Below are positions 38,404-49,417 of a DNA stretch of 64,000 nucleotides, one piece after another. The position numbers and the translations under genes are program-made. The DNA is from Cycas panzhihuaensis (lineage: Eukaryota; Plantae; Cycadophyta): the NCBI GenBank assembly GCA_023213395.1, contig CM041465.1, positions 1-64,000 of the forward strand, written 5' to 3'. A model generated the notes under the pieces. That model was not told where the DNA came from and did no database searches. It saw nothing but the letters and a program-made list of their open reading frames with translations. How positions within the stretch are numbered: position 1 is the first letter of the stretch; every line of letters begins with the position of its first letter.

Positions 38404-40927
38404 TGGACGCTACACGGATAACCACCGATCGATAAAGCGCGGGAGAGATGGTGACGAAACCAGAGGGAAGTGGAACCTACAAGGCAAGCAACTACCACGC
38501 AGAGCGCCTGCGCGCCGGAGCGAGTTCGGATCCGCAATGGAGTATGGCTACATCGGGTGACCCTTCACCACCTTGAGCGAAGGGCTAAGATACGAGGACG
38601 AACCCGTTGACTTGGGAGTAGGCCCCTCCCACCCTTGGGTGGCCAGAAGGGAGAGAGAAAGAACCTAACAAGGATAGGCCAAGAACAATCCTATGCAATC
38701 TAACCGTGCATACGAGCGACAAGTGAAGCAAGGCGCCATGGCTAAGGAAGGGGGAGGAAGGGTAAGAGAGAAGAAGACTCCTACAACCTTTCCTACGAAT
38801 AACAAAAGTACATGCAACAAGGCAAACAAATCACAAACCAATACAAAAGGTAATTTTCCTTTTAATCTTTCGATGTTCTAATTACTAGAAAGAATAAAAG
38901 GTAAAAAGCAAGGGTGCGCAAGGGGAACAAAGCTGCACCGGGCCAAGGCGTGAGAGATGGCGAGCCTTCAGAAGAGCACCCAACCACCAAGGCAGCTGCA
39001 TCGGATGTGAAATGTAGCAAGAAAAGGGGCTTCCTTACCTTCCCTGTGAAAAGTAAATGCGATAATCAAGGAAGGAAAGAAACGCTAGCTACCAAATGGG
39101 ATCGCATAAAATATGACACATGCAAGGGACGCCACGTGGAAGGGGGCAACGGCAACGCTCTCCGCTGCCCCGAGTACCTGTAAGCAACAAAGGTCTCCCT
39201 CCTGCCGAGGGGAGACACCTATATGCAACACAAAGATCTAGCAATATATGTCTAGCAACATAAACGAGAGTCTAAATGTACATGCATCAATGTTAGTCCA
39301 ATAAGGAAAATACCAAAGAAGAAAGATCCAAATGAAAGGAAACAACAAGGTAAGCCTCGGAGTGGCCTACCGCCCGCAAATGGTGCCCAAACCTCTCCCC
39401 AAGAGCCACGGGGCAGCGAGGAGAAAGTCAAGACTCAAGGCTGGAAAACTACCGCAAGAAGGGGCAAGAAAGACCCAAAGACACCCACGGGAACCGGATG
39501 CTACGGGAGCAAACCGTAACCGGGGAGCAAAGGTGGAGAAGAACCCGCTATTGGGGCCTATGGATGGCACCCAAACTCGAATAAAGGGTCCCAAATCGCC
39601 GCAACTTGTGACAAATACCGGGTTTGGGCAACCAAGGGAGCCTTCAACCCTTGTTTGCAAGCCAAGAGTAGCACTGGGCAGAGGGAGGCTTTGAGGGCTT
39701 TGAGCCGCTTAGGAGCGTGGAAGGTGTGGTGCGAATCCACCCAGCCTCCTCTCCAAAGCCTATGCAACCCTCAACGCCACCTTTGGACAAAGAACGCAGT
39801 AAGAAGTGAGGGAGAGTGGTACATAGCCTCAAGAGGGAGGAAAACCAACTCTCAAGCAACAAATGAAAACAAATAAGTCAAGTGTAAATATCACCAAAAC
39901 AAATACAAAGTGAAGAGTACCGAAAGGGAGGCAAGGGATTTGCCCCACCAAAAGACAATCAAGAAGGGCCGGAACAAATGCCTCAGACTGAATAGAGCAG
40001 TGCAGGGGCCTTATGGAGGTGGAACGGAAACACTGCAAACGGGAGCTCGTGGATCGCTCGGTAGAAAATACTGAAACCGCTTCAAAGGAGCCCTCCATGC
40101 TTGAGGGCCGAGAGAATGTCTCACCAAGCCAAAGGAGAGTCAAGGTCAGATGAAGAGTGCAGTCCAGCTTGTTGCAAAGAAACAAAGCAGTAAGAGAGCA
40201 GCAGAGAGTGTTCCTCTTGAGAGTAAATCCAAAAGTGAGTAAAAAGATCCAAAGAGAGAGCCAAAAGATGTTTAAGTACTAAAGCAAAACCCTAAAGTAC
40301 GCGAATAGGCACCTACCGGGAGGGAGAAAAGGTTAACCACGCGGGCGCTTCGCAATAAATGCGAAATTGCCACCATGGATTTTAAAAACAAACAGAGACA
40401 GTATCATGGAACTTTAGCAGCATCTGAATATTCCAAATGGCATCGCTGAAATTCCATGCACAAGATCACTACAGATCAAGATTACGGCAGATACACCAGA
40501 GACACAAATGGGGCCCACCAACCGGCCCAGCCGGGGCAAACTAAAAAAGGCTAAAGGACAACTAAAACACCCACCCGGAGCAAACAAGCCAAGAAACGGC
40601 CCACGGAGCGTAAATAGGCCCCCAAATGAGGTGGCAAGCTAACCAAGCGACGATGAGACATCACACGTGGAGGTGGCGCAAACCCGGTGGATCCGTGAGA
40701 GAGGAGGGCGATGAAGTAATACGGCCACTGTGGTGCCACACTCGCTAAGAGTGTGCCCCCGCTATAGTCCATAGTTAAACATAGGTGTGGACGACCACCG
40801 TGCCGCCCACAAAGTCATACGATGCAAATACGTAAGGCATAATCAAGACACAAAAGTGATGATAATGCTAGAGACATACCGCACTTACACCGAGCCTGAT
40901 TCAGATCCATTCCCTAAGCCGGAAACA
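38404..40927 (-). repeat. 5' LTR (about 2.52 kb)
   Basis: Begins tggacgctac and ends aagccggaaaca. Contains a telo-box (aaaccctaa, about 40287) next to a minus-strand TACTTAAA and a CT-rich patch, a promoter-like arrangement. Confidence 0.92.
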
Positions 40928-42370
40928 GGGAGGAACGTCCCAAATATGTGCCGGGGTGAAAGAGAGGGAAACGACACGGACGTTCTTTGTTTGGGCACGA
41001 GGTGGTAAACGCCCATCCCAAGTGACTTGGGAAGAGGGTCGGCTGCAGCATCCGCCTCCCACCCCAAGAGGGACACCACCGAGAGGGAGCCCGCCACACA
41101 CCCGAAAGAAAGAAAACAACTAAACATCCAAAGAGGAGAAATGACCAAAGAACAATGAGAAAATTAAAACAAGAAATAAGAGCGAAACGCACGAGGGGAG
41201 ACAGAATGGAAGTGGTGAAGACAAACAAGACAATTGGGACTTCCACAAAAGGGTGCCACTAACAAGACAAGCGGCATCGAGGAGGAACGATCCCAAATAT
41301 GTGCCGGGGTGAAAGAGCAACACGAACCTGGTTGGGAGGAATGATACGGACGTGCTTTGGGCACGAGGTGGTAAACGACCCTTCCGGCAAGCACTTAGGA
41401 AGAGGGGATGCGCGCAAAGCATCCGCCCCACCCCAATTGAACACCACCGAAAGGGAGCCCGCCACACAAATTTCACCAAGGAAAGAAAACAAACGGGACA
41501 TCGAAAGGGAAGAATTAACCAAAGAATAATGGGAAAACAAACCGCCCACACAAGAGGAAAACGACGAGGGAAGACAAAACTAAGTCGTGGAAGACAAACA
41601 AGACAATTGGGACTTCCACAAAAGGGTGCCACGGAACAAGACAAACGGGCATCCCAAAAATGTGCTGGGGGTGAAAGAGCAGCGCCAGAACCTGGGTTGG
41701 GAGGGAGAATGGTACGGGACGTGTCTTTGGGCACAAGGTGGTAAACGGCCCGTCCGGTGCGCACTTAGGAAGAGGGGGATGCGCGCAAAGCATCTGCCAA
41801 ACCTCAAGAGGGACACCACCGAAAGGGAGCCCAGCACATACACCCAAGCCAAAGAAAGAAAACAGACAACAAAACATCCAAAGGGGAGAATTGACCAGCA
41901 ACAATGGGAAAAACAAGCAGCCCAAACAAGAGGGAAACGGACGGGGGGGAGACAAACGGAAGGCGTAAAGAGAAACAAGACAATTGGGACTTTTGTAAAA
42001 AAGGGTGCCACCCAACAAGACAAACGGGCATCGGGAGGGGGGTGGTGGGGGGGAGCATCCCAAACATGTGCTGGGGGTGAAAGAGCAGCGCCAAAACCCG
42101 GGTTGGGAGGGAGAATGATACGGGACGTGTCTTTGGGCACGAGGTTGTAAATGGCCCGTCCGGTGCGCACTTAGAAAGAGGGGGATGCGCGCAAAGCATC
42201 TGCCCCACCCCAAGAGGGACACCACCGAAGGGAGGCCGCCACACACCCCCAACCGAAAGAAAACAGACAACGAAACATCCAAAGGGGAGAATTGACCAGC
42301 AATAATGGGAAAAACAAATAGCCCAAACAAACAAGAGGAAAACGCACGAGGGGAAGACAAAAGTGGAAGT
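40928..42370. repeat. Subrepeat family C (about 370 bp), right part, about 4 copies
   Basis: Resumes in phase with the monomer broken at 27883 (gcatcgggga|ggaacg..cccaaatatgtg). Confidence 0.9.
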
Positions 42371-43549
42371 GAAGACAAACAAGACAATTGGGACTTCACA
42401 AAAGGGTGCCACTAACAAGACAAACGGCATCTGGGGAAGGCCCCAAATATGTGCTGGGGATGAAAGAGCAGCGCCAAAACCTGGGTTGGGAGGGAGAATC
42501 AGACGGACGTGTCTTGGGCACGAGGGTGAAGACAAACAGATGCTTGGGACTTCCACAAAAGGGTGCCACTAACAAGACAAACGGCATGGGGGGAAGGGGC
42601 GTCCCAAATATGTGCTGGGGTGAAAGAGCAACACCAAAACCCGGGTTGGGAGGAGAATGATACGGACGTGTCTTTGGGCCCGAGGGTGAAGACAAACAAG
42701 ACAATTGGGACTTCACAAAAAGGGTGCCATGTAACAAGACAAACGGCATGGGGGAAGGGGGCATCCCAAATATGTGCCGGGGTGAAAGAGCAGCCAAAAA
42801 CCTGGGTTGGAGGGAGAATGATACGGACGTGTCTTTGGGCCCGAGGGTGAAGACAAACAAGACAATTGGGACTTCCACAAAAGGGTGCCATGTAACAAGA
42901 CAAACGGCATCGGGGAAGGGGCGCCCCCAATATGTGCCGGGGTGAAAGAGCAACCAAAACCCGGGTTGGGAGGGAGAATGATACGGACGTGTCTTTGGGG
43001 CCCGAGGGTGAAGACAAACAAGACAATTGGGACTTCCACAAAAGGGTGCCATGTAACAAGACAAACGCATCCGGGGAAGGCGCCCCAATATGTGCTGGGG
43101 TGAAAGAGCAGCCAAAACCCGGGTTGGGAGGGAGAATGATACGGACGTGTCTTTGGGGCCCGAGGGTGAAGACAAACAAGACAATTGGGACTTCCACAAA
43201 AGGGTGCCATGTAACAAGACAAACGGCACGGGAGGGGCGCCCCAATATGTGCCGGGGTGAAAGAGCAAGCCAAAACCCGGGTTGGGAGGGAGAATGATAC
43301 GGACGTGTCTTTGGGGCCCGAGGGTGAAGACAAACAAGACAATTGGGACTTCACAAAAGGGTGCCATGTAACAAGACAAACGGCATCCGGGGTGGGGAAG
43401 GGGCGCCCCAATATGTGCCGGGGTGAAAGAGCAACACCAAACCCGGGTTGAGGGAGAATGATACGGGACGTGTCTTTGGGCCCGAGGGGTGAAGACAAAC
43501 AAGACAATTGGGACTTCCGCCAAAAAGGGTGCCATGGAACAAGACAAAC
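42370..43549. repeat. Subrepeat family C' (about 123 bp), about 9 copies; short form of C
   Basis: gtgaagacaaacaagacaattgggacttccacaaaagggtgccatgtaacaagacaaacggcat...gtgtctttgggcccgagg repeated every 120-165 bp. Confidence 0.9.
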
Positions 43550-44400
43550 GAGGTGGGTTTCCGCGAATGCGAAGCCGCTTCCACCGTGCCCGCAACGGCG
43601 GGGTTTCCGCGCTTCCACCGTGCCCGCAACGGCGGGGTTTCCGCTTCCACCGTGCCCACAACGGCGGGGTTTCCGCGAACCCAGGCCAGAGCTCAAGTGC
43701 ACAACGGCGGGGTTTCCGCGAACGAAGGCACGAGCGCCCAAAGAAGTCCGTAACGGCGGGGTTTCCGCGAACGATACGAGCGCCCAAAGCAAGTCCAACG
43801 GCGGGGTTTCCGCGAACGAAGGCCGAGCTGCCCAAAGAAGTCCGTAACGGCGGGGTTTCCGCGAACGAAGGCCGAGCGCTCCAAAGAAGTCCGTAACGGC
43901 GGGGTTTCCGCGAACGAAGGCCGGAGCGCCCAAAGAAGTCCGTAACGGCGGGGTTTCGCGAACGAAGGCGAGCGCTCCAAAGAAGTCCGTAACGGCGGGG
44001 TTTCCGCGAACGAAGGCCGAGCGCCCAAAGAAGTCCGTAACGGCGGGGTTTCCGCGAACGAAGGCCGAGCGCCCAAAGAAGTCCGTAACGGCGGGGTTTC
44101 GCGAACGGCCGCCGAGCGCCCAGCAAGTCCGTAACGGCGGGGTTTCCGCGAACGAAGGCCGAGCGCTCCAAAGAAGTCCGTAACGGCGGGGTTTCGCGAA
44201 CGAAGGCCGAGCGTTTCCAGCAAGTCCGTAACGGCGGGGTTTCCGCGAACGAAGGCCGAGCGCCCACCAAGTCCGTAACGGCGGGGTTTCCGCGAACGAA
44301 GGCCGAGCGCGTTCCACCAAGTCCGTAACGGCGGGGTTTCCGCGAACGAAGGCCGGAGCGTTCCATCGTCCAAGTCCATAAAAAAATGAAGTGTGATTTC
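43550..44400. repeat. About 46-bp GC-rich tandem array (family F), the reverse complement of family D
   Basis: ggcggggtttccgcgaacgaaggccgagcgcccaaagaagtccgtaac, about 18 copies. 44341-44400 is the near-exact reverse complement of 47741-47800. Confidence 0.9.
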
Positions 44401-44690
44401 TTCTGATTTTCATCGTTTATCGCCATTTTATAGCCGTTTTAACCATTTCCAAACCGATTTTGATCGTTATGTTCATTTTATAGCCGTTTTAACCGATTTT
44501 CATCGTCTATGGCCATTTTACAGCTGTTTTAGCCATTTCCAAACTGATTTTGATCTTTCATGGCCATTTTACAGCTACCTTAACCGTTTCTGAGCCGATT
44601 TTGATTGTTTATGGTCATTTGTGAGCCATTTTTACTATTTCTGAAACTGTTTTGACCGGTTTAGCCATATCGATCGCTTTATTCTAAGAA
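44401..44690. repeat. AT-rich 51-bp repeat (family E) with phased T-tracts
   Basis: gattttcatcgtttatcgccattttatagccgttttaaccatttccaaacc-type monomers, about 5.5 copies. Confidence 0.85.
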
Positions 44691-45689
44691 CACCTATGCG
44701 CCAAAAGTAACCAGTTGCCTCGAAACCAAACATGCAATCGAGGCAAAGGGACTAATGGCTCATACCGCCTCGGCGTGATTAGCAGCCCGAACCAAGCGAC
44801 TCGTAAGAGGGGACCCAAGAAACCAAAACGCCCGTGACATGCCAGAGGCAGAGAAAACATCCCATATATGTGCTGGGGGTGAAAGACCGCCCCAACCACC
44901 TGGGTCGAGAAGCTCATTGGTATGGTACGTGTCTTTCGGTTATAGGCTACAAACTACCTATCTAGTACCCGCTAGGGAAAACGAGTTGAGACCAAAAGGA
45001 CCGCTTCTTGAAACAACCATGTAGTGGGTGCAACGAGCCTAACGGCCGGCTCTTCCCAGACACGGACCGACTCAAGAAACGTGAGTCGTAAAATGGAGAC
45101 CAGAATCAAAAACTTATACACGCAGTTATGGGTGAAGGCACGAACACCCACGGAGTTAAGATTGTTGTTGATAGGGGACGGAGCTGCCCAAGATTTAAAA
45201 AAAGGCATGATTGGTGCAAACCCAGGGAAAACGCACAGCTGGAGGAACTATTCCTCGCTTGTGATCCGACCTACTCAACCCACCTCCACAAGCAAAATAG
45301 TAGGCTCGCTTCAGAGCAAACCGTCACCCGGGGAAAACAGCCTCTGGTCGGGTCCAGAACGAGCCGCCGTAAGAACGAGAACCAAGAACCCAATGCATCC
45401 CTACGGATGTGCACGGGGAAGACGCCCAGCCCAACAACCTGGGCTGTGAGGGTTACCGATACGGGACGTGTCTTTCACGGACGGGTCCGTAAGTGCGCCT
45501 CACGAAACGGGACTAAGAACCGGCGCCTCTACATGTGCCCGGGAAGAGGCCCGGATCACCGGCTGGTTGGGAGGTTTCCGATGCGGACGATCTTTGTCCG
45601 CATCGACGCCGTAAACAAGACGCCAGAAACGACCACCCAAGAATCGAGAGGCCCACACATGTGGCCGGGGAGGTGGCCGATCCCAAAAT

Positions 45690-46570
45690 AGAGCTTAATT
45701 GGTGAAGAAGTCGATTATCAACCTTTCTCCTTGAGATCCTGGGAGATAGTGTAGAAATCCCAATAACATCAAAACAAGAATGAGCCCACAAAGGGAAATC
45801 CTACACCGAATCATTTATAATTGCCATTGCTCCAAATGTAAGTATGAAGAGTAATACTTTTATTAAACTATAAAAATCTCTACTTAATGGTGGAGAAAAC
45901 AACTAGCGAAAGAATGGTCAAATTACAAGGAATAGATGATGCAATTATACCGTAAGTGGGACTCCAACCCTCCAAAATGCTTCTCCAAGGACGATTCCCA
46001 AGTTAAGTGCCTTTCACCTTCAAGAACCGAGTCTCCAAACACGGAAATGAGCTCAAGAGGGCTCAACTACTAGAAAGAAACCCAAATTGCATGTTTAACA
46101 AGTGGCAATCATACAAGTATAACCACTAACAACCGGAATACATGTTGTCCAAGTGGCCTTCATGCAATTCTTAAAAATTGCGGCTTGTACCTAGGCTTAA
46201 CGAACTCCAATTCGTCTCAAATTTGGTGCACCTACAGGAACACATGTCCCCTTCCCTTCCTCAAACTTTTAGCTCACTTGGATGCCATTTGACTGCATTT
46301 TCATTGATTTAATGATAGTATGTATTTGTTATTTTTCTGTTGGCTTTGGGATCAATTTTCTGCAAACACAAGGCTTGAAATCTAATCAAATGATATTTTC
46401 TGAACCCCACCTTTTGTGCACATGTAGTGGGATGTGTCTTATTCCTTTCCAAAAAATTTCATATAAGCCTGATACCATTTGGCCCTATCTCTTTCAGTTA
46501 TTCCAATGCCTAGCATTTTCTGTGTGTTGTAGACATATGATAGATCCTCCTAACATTTTCTGCCTCCCGT
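45690..46570. other. AT-rich unique IGS block, copy 2
   Basis: Homologous to 10160-11040. Confidence 0.7.
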
Positions 46571-46679
46571 AAACATAATGGTAGATCCTCCTGGATCAGC
46601 GGCTCACCCCACCGACCTGGCCTGAGGGTTCCCAAGACGACCGCCCTTTCTCCGGACCGACTCCCAACATATACTGCAG

Positions 46680-47200
46680 TCAGCATGGACCGCCGCACCG
46701 AACCGATCAGATAGTATCGTGACAATTGAGTACCTTGAAGATTGCAAAGAATCCCGTACCAATCTCGCACCGAACACGTTGAGGTGCACCATCACTCCAT
46801 TCGATCCTTAACTCAGAAGGGCGTCATAAAAAGATCGTGTGCAGGCGCCGATGGAAGAACAACTGGCTGACATCTCTCGCCGAACCACCAGCAGGTGAAA
46901 GATTTCAGACTTTCTGGATGCTTTAGGTATCTCAAGAAATGAAGTGAACCTCAAGGGGAAGCGCCGATATTATTGTTTGTTCACGGCTCGCAACGTGGTT
47001 ATGGGCCTCCCCTCCCCTTCTTGTAACATGGTTATAACCATGGCTCGTGGGTTCCGTAAAAATATTACATCTTAGGATTTTATTTAGTCGACATGTGAGC
47101 GATGGCCCTCGGGGATTCTTTTAGGAGCTTGTATCTATCCGCATACGGTGCACAATTGAAGTTCATGAGAGACGACATTGCTTCGAGCTTGTGTCATCAT
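46680..47200 (+). mobile_element. Ty1/copia remnant: RNase H C-terminus, PPT and start of 3' LTR (copy 2)
   Basis: LKIAKNPV..SRTEHVEVHHHSIRSLTQKGVIK...MEEQLADI; purine tract aaggggaag at 46953-46961. Confidence 0.87.
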
Positions 47201-47204
47201 TTAT

Positions 47205-48300
47205 GTACTTGGACGATAAAAAGATCCACAGTAGAGAGCTGCAGAAAATCGCACTCCGCTCAAGAAGACTTGTGTAAACCCAATCGCAATTTTGGACCGT
47301 GACGAGGAAAAGCTATACTAGAGACTTAAAGAAATCGCACTTCTTTCCTCGAAGATTTGCGTAAAGCCCACGCCCTTATGGACTTGGACGATGTAAAGAT
47401 CTGCACTTCATTCCTGGGAACCCCACCTCGTTTGTGGACTTGGACGATGGAGGGCTCTGCCCTTCGTTCCTGGGAACCCCACCTCGCCAGGACTTGGACG
47501 ATGGAAACCTCCGCGCTGCTCCTGAAACCCCACCTCGCTTGTGGACTCCTGACGATGGAAAGCTCGCACTTCATTCCTGAAACCCCACTTCGCTTATGGA
47601 CTCCTGACGATGAAAGAAATCGCACTTCTTTTCTCGAAGATTTGTGGAAACCCTCTTCGCTTATCGCCTTCGACGAGGGTTCATTCCCCGAAACCCCACT
47701 TCATCTATCGACTTGACTGGAAGGCTCGCGCTCATTCGCGGAAATCACACTTCATTTTTTTATGGACTTGGACGATGGAACGCTCTGGCCTTCGTTCGCG
47801 GAAACCCCACTTCGTTCTGGACTTGCTGGAACGCTCTGCACTTCATTCGCGGAAACCCCACTTCGCTGTGGACCTGGTGGAAAGCTCTCTGCACTTCATT
47901 CGCGGAAACCCCACTTCGTTGTGGACTTGCACGATATCGAGTTATGAAAACCCCACTTCGTTGTTGTGGACTTGGACGATATTGAGCTGCGGACTTGGTG
48001 GAAGAAAGCTCTGCACTTCATTCGCGGAAACCCCACTTCGTCGTGGACTTGGACGGATATTGAGCTGCGGACTTGGTGGAAAGAAGCTCTGCACTTCATT
48101 CGCGGAAACCCCACTTCGTTGTGGACTTAGACGATATCGAGTTGCGGAACGCCGGAAACCCCACTTCGTTGTGGACAGAGACAATATCGAGTTGCGGAAC
48201 ATTGTGGACTTGGGCGATGTTGAGTTGCGGAAACCCCACTCCATTCTGGGCACGAGAAAGAAGCTATTTACGGAGACCCCACTTCTTCTTGGACTCGAGA
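47205..48300. repeat. Subrepeat family D (about 48 bp), copy 2
   Basis: Tandem gcggaaaccccacttcgttgtggacttgg next to the 26S 3' end. Confidence 0.85.
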
Positions 48301-48322
48301 GCGAAGAGCCGAGAGGTGGGGC

Positions 48323-49359
48323 TCGAATCGAGGCGACAAGGGGTCGACCAAAGGATCGTGGGCGAAGGCCACTCGCCACTTACAATACCCCGTCACAGAT
48401 TTAAGTCGCCCGCAAATGATTCTTCTCGACGATCGCTTGTAATTGAATTTTGAAGTCGCCCCACCGACGATTCTCGGGCCACGGAGATCGCCAAAGGGCA
48501 CGCCCTCGAACGCCTGTGGCGCCTACTACATGTCACGAACAATCAAGAGGGACGCCGCCTAGCGTGGATTCCGACTTAGAGGCGCTCACCATAATCCGAC
48601 ACACAGAGCTTCGCCAATCGCTTTTCAACCAAGCGCCGATGACCAATTGTGTGAATCAACTGCCCTCTCGCATTAAGTTGAATTACTATTGCGACGCCGA
48701 CTCATCAAGAGGGTAAACTAACCTCGCCTCACGATGGCCTAAACCCACCACGCTCCCTATCGTGGGTGAACAATCCAACACTTGGTGAATTTCGCTCACA
48801 ATGATAGGAAGAGCCGACATCAAGGATCAAAAGCAACGCCGCTATGAACGCTGGTCGCCACAAGCCGCTTATCCTCGTGGTAACTTTTCTCGACACCTCT
48901 AGCCTCAAATTCAAAATCTAAAGGATCGATAGGCCACGCTTTCGCTTTGTATTCAGATCAAAATCAAAATCAAATGAGCTTTTACCCTTTGTTCCACACG
49001 AGATTGCTCGCTGAGCTCATCTTAGACACCGCTATCTTTTAATGTATGTGCCGCCTCACCAAACTCCCCACCGACAATGTCTTCCGCCTGACGACACGAC
49101 CGCACACGCCTTAAGGCCAAAACAGGGCAATGCCCCTCCGCCTCACTAATAAGTAAAATAACGTTAAAAGTAGTGGTATTTCACTTGCGCCCAAAACGGC
49201 CCCACTTATTCTACACCTCTCAAGTCATTTCACAAAGTCTGACTAGAGTCAAGCTCAACAGGTCTTCTTTCCTCACGATTCCGCCAAGCCCGCTCCCTCA
49301 TCGTGGTTTCGCTAGATAGTAGATAGGGACAAGGGAATCTCGTTAATCCATTCATGCGC

Positions 49360-49417
<58 letters not shown>

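Larger units (their letters stand above)
27884..40927 (-). mobile_element. Full-length Ty3/gypsy LTR retrotransposon, Tat (OTA) clade, 13.04 kb, inserted in the rDNA IGS
   Basis: Direct terminal repeats 27884-30406 and 38404-40927 (TG...CA). Flanks gggga (27879-27883) and ggga (40928-40931). Minus-strand order gag-PR-RT-RH-INT plus a downstream archaeal-type RNase H. Confidence 0.93.

Noticed and set aside
43550-44400. CRISPR-like appearance of the 46-bp array and of the D arrays
   Set aside because: Intervening sequences are also repeated (no unique spacers), there are no cas genes, and the context is eukaryotic rDNA.
42396-44426. Long ORFs of 676 aa and 566 aa, and many 150-300 aa ORFs in 25000-27900, 41000-42600 and 57600-62700
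   Set aside because: They are translations of stop-poor tandem subrepeats (C, C', F). They are open in several frames at once, and their boundaries differ between unit copies.
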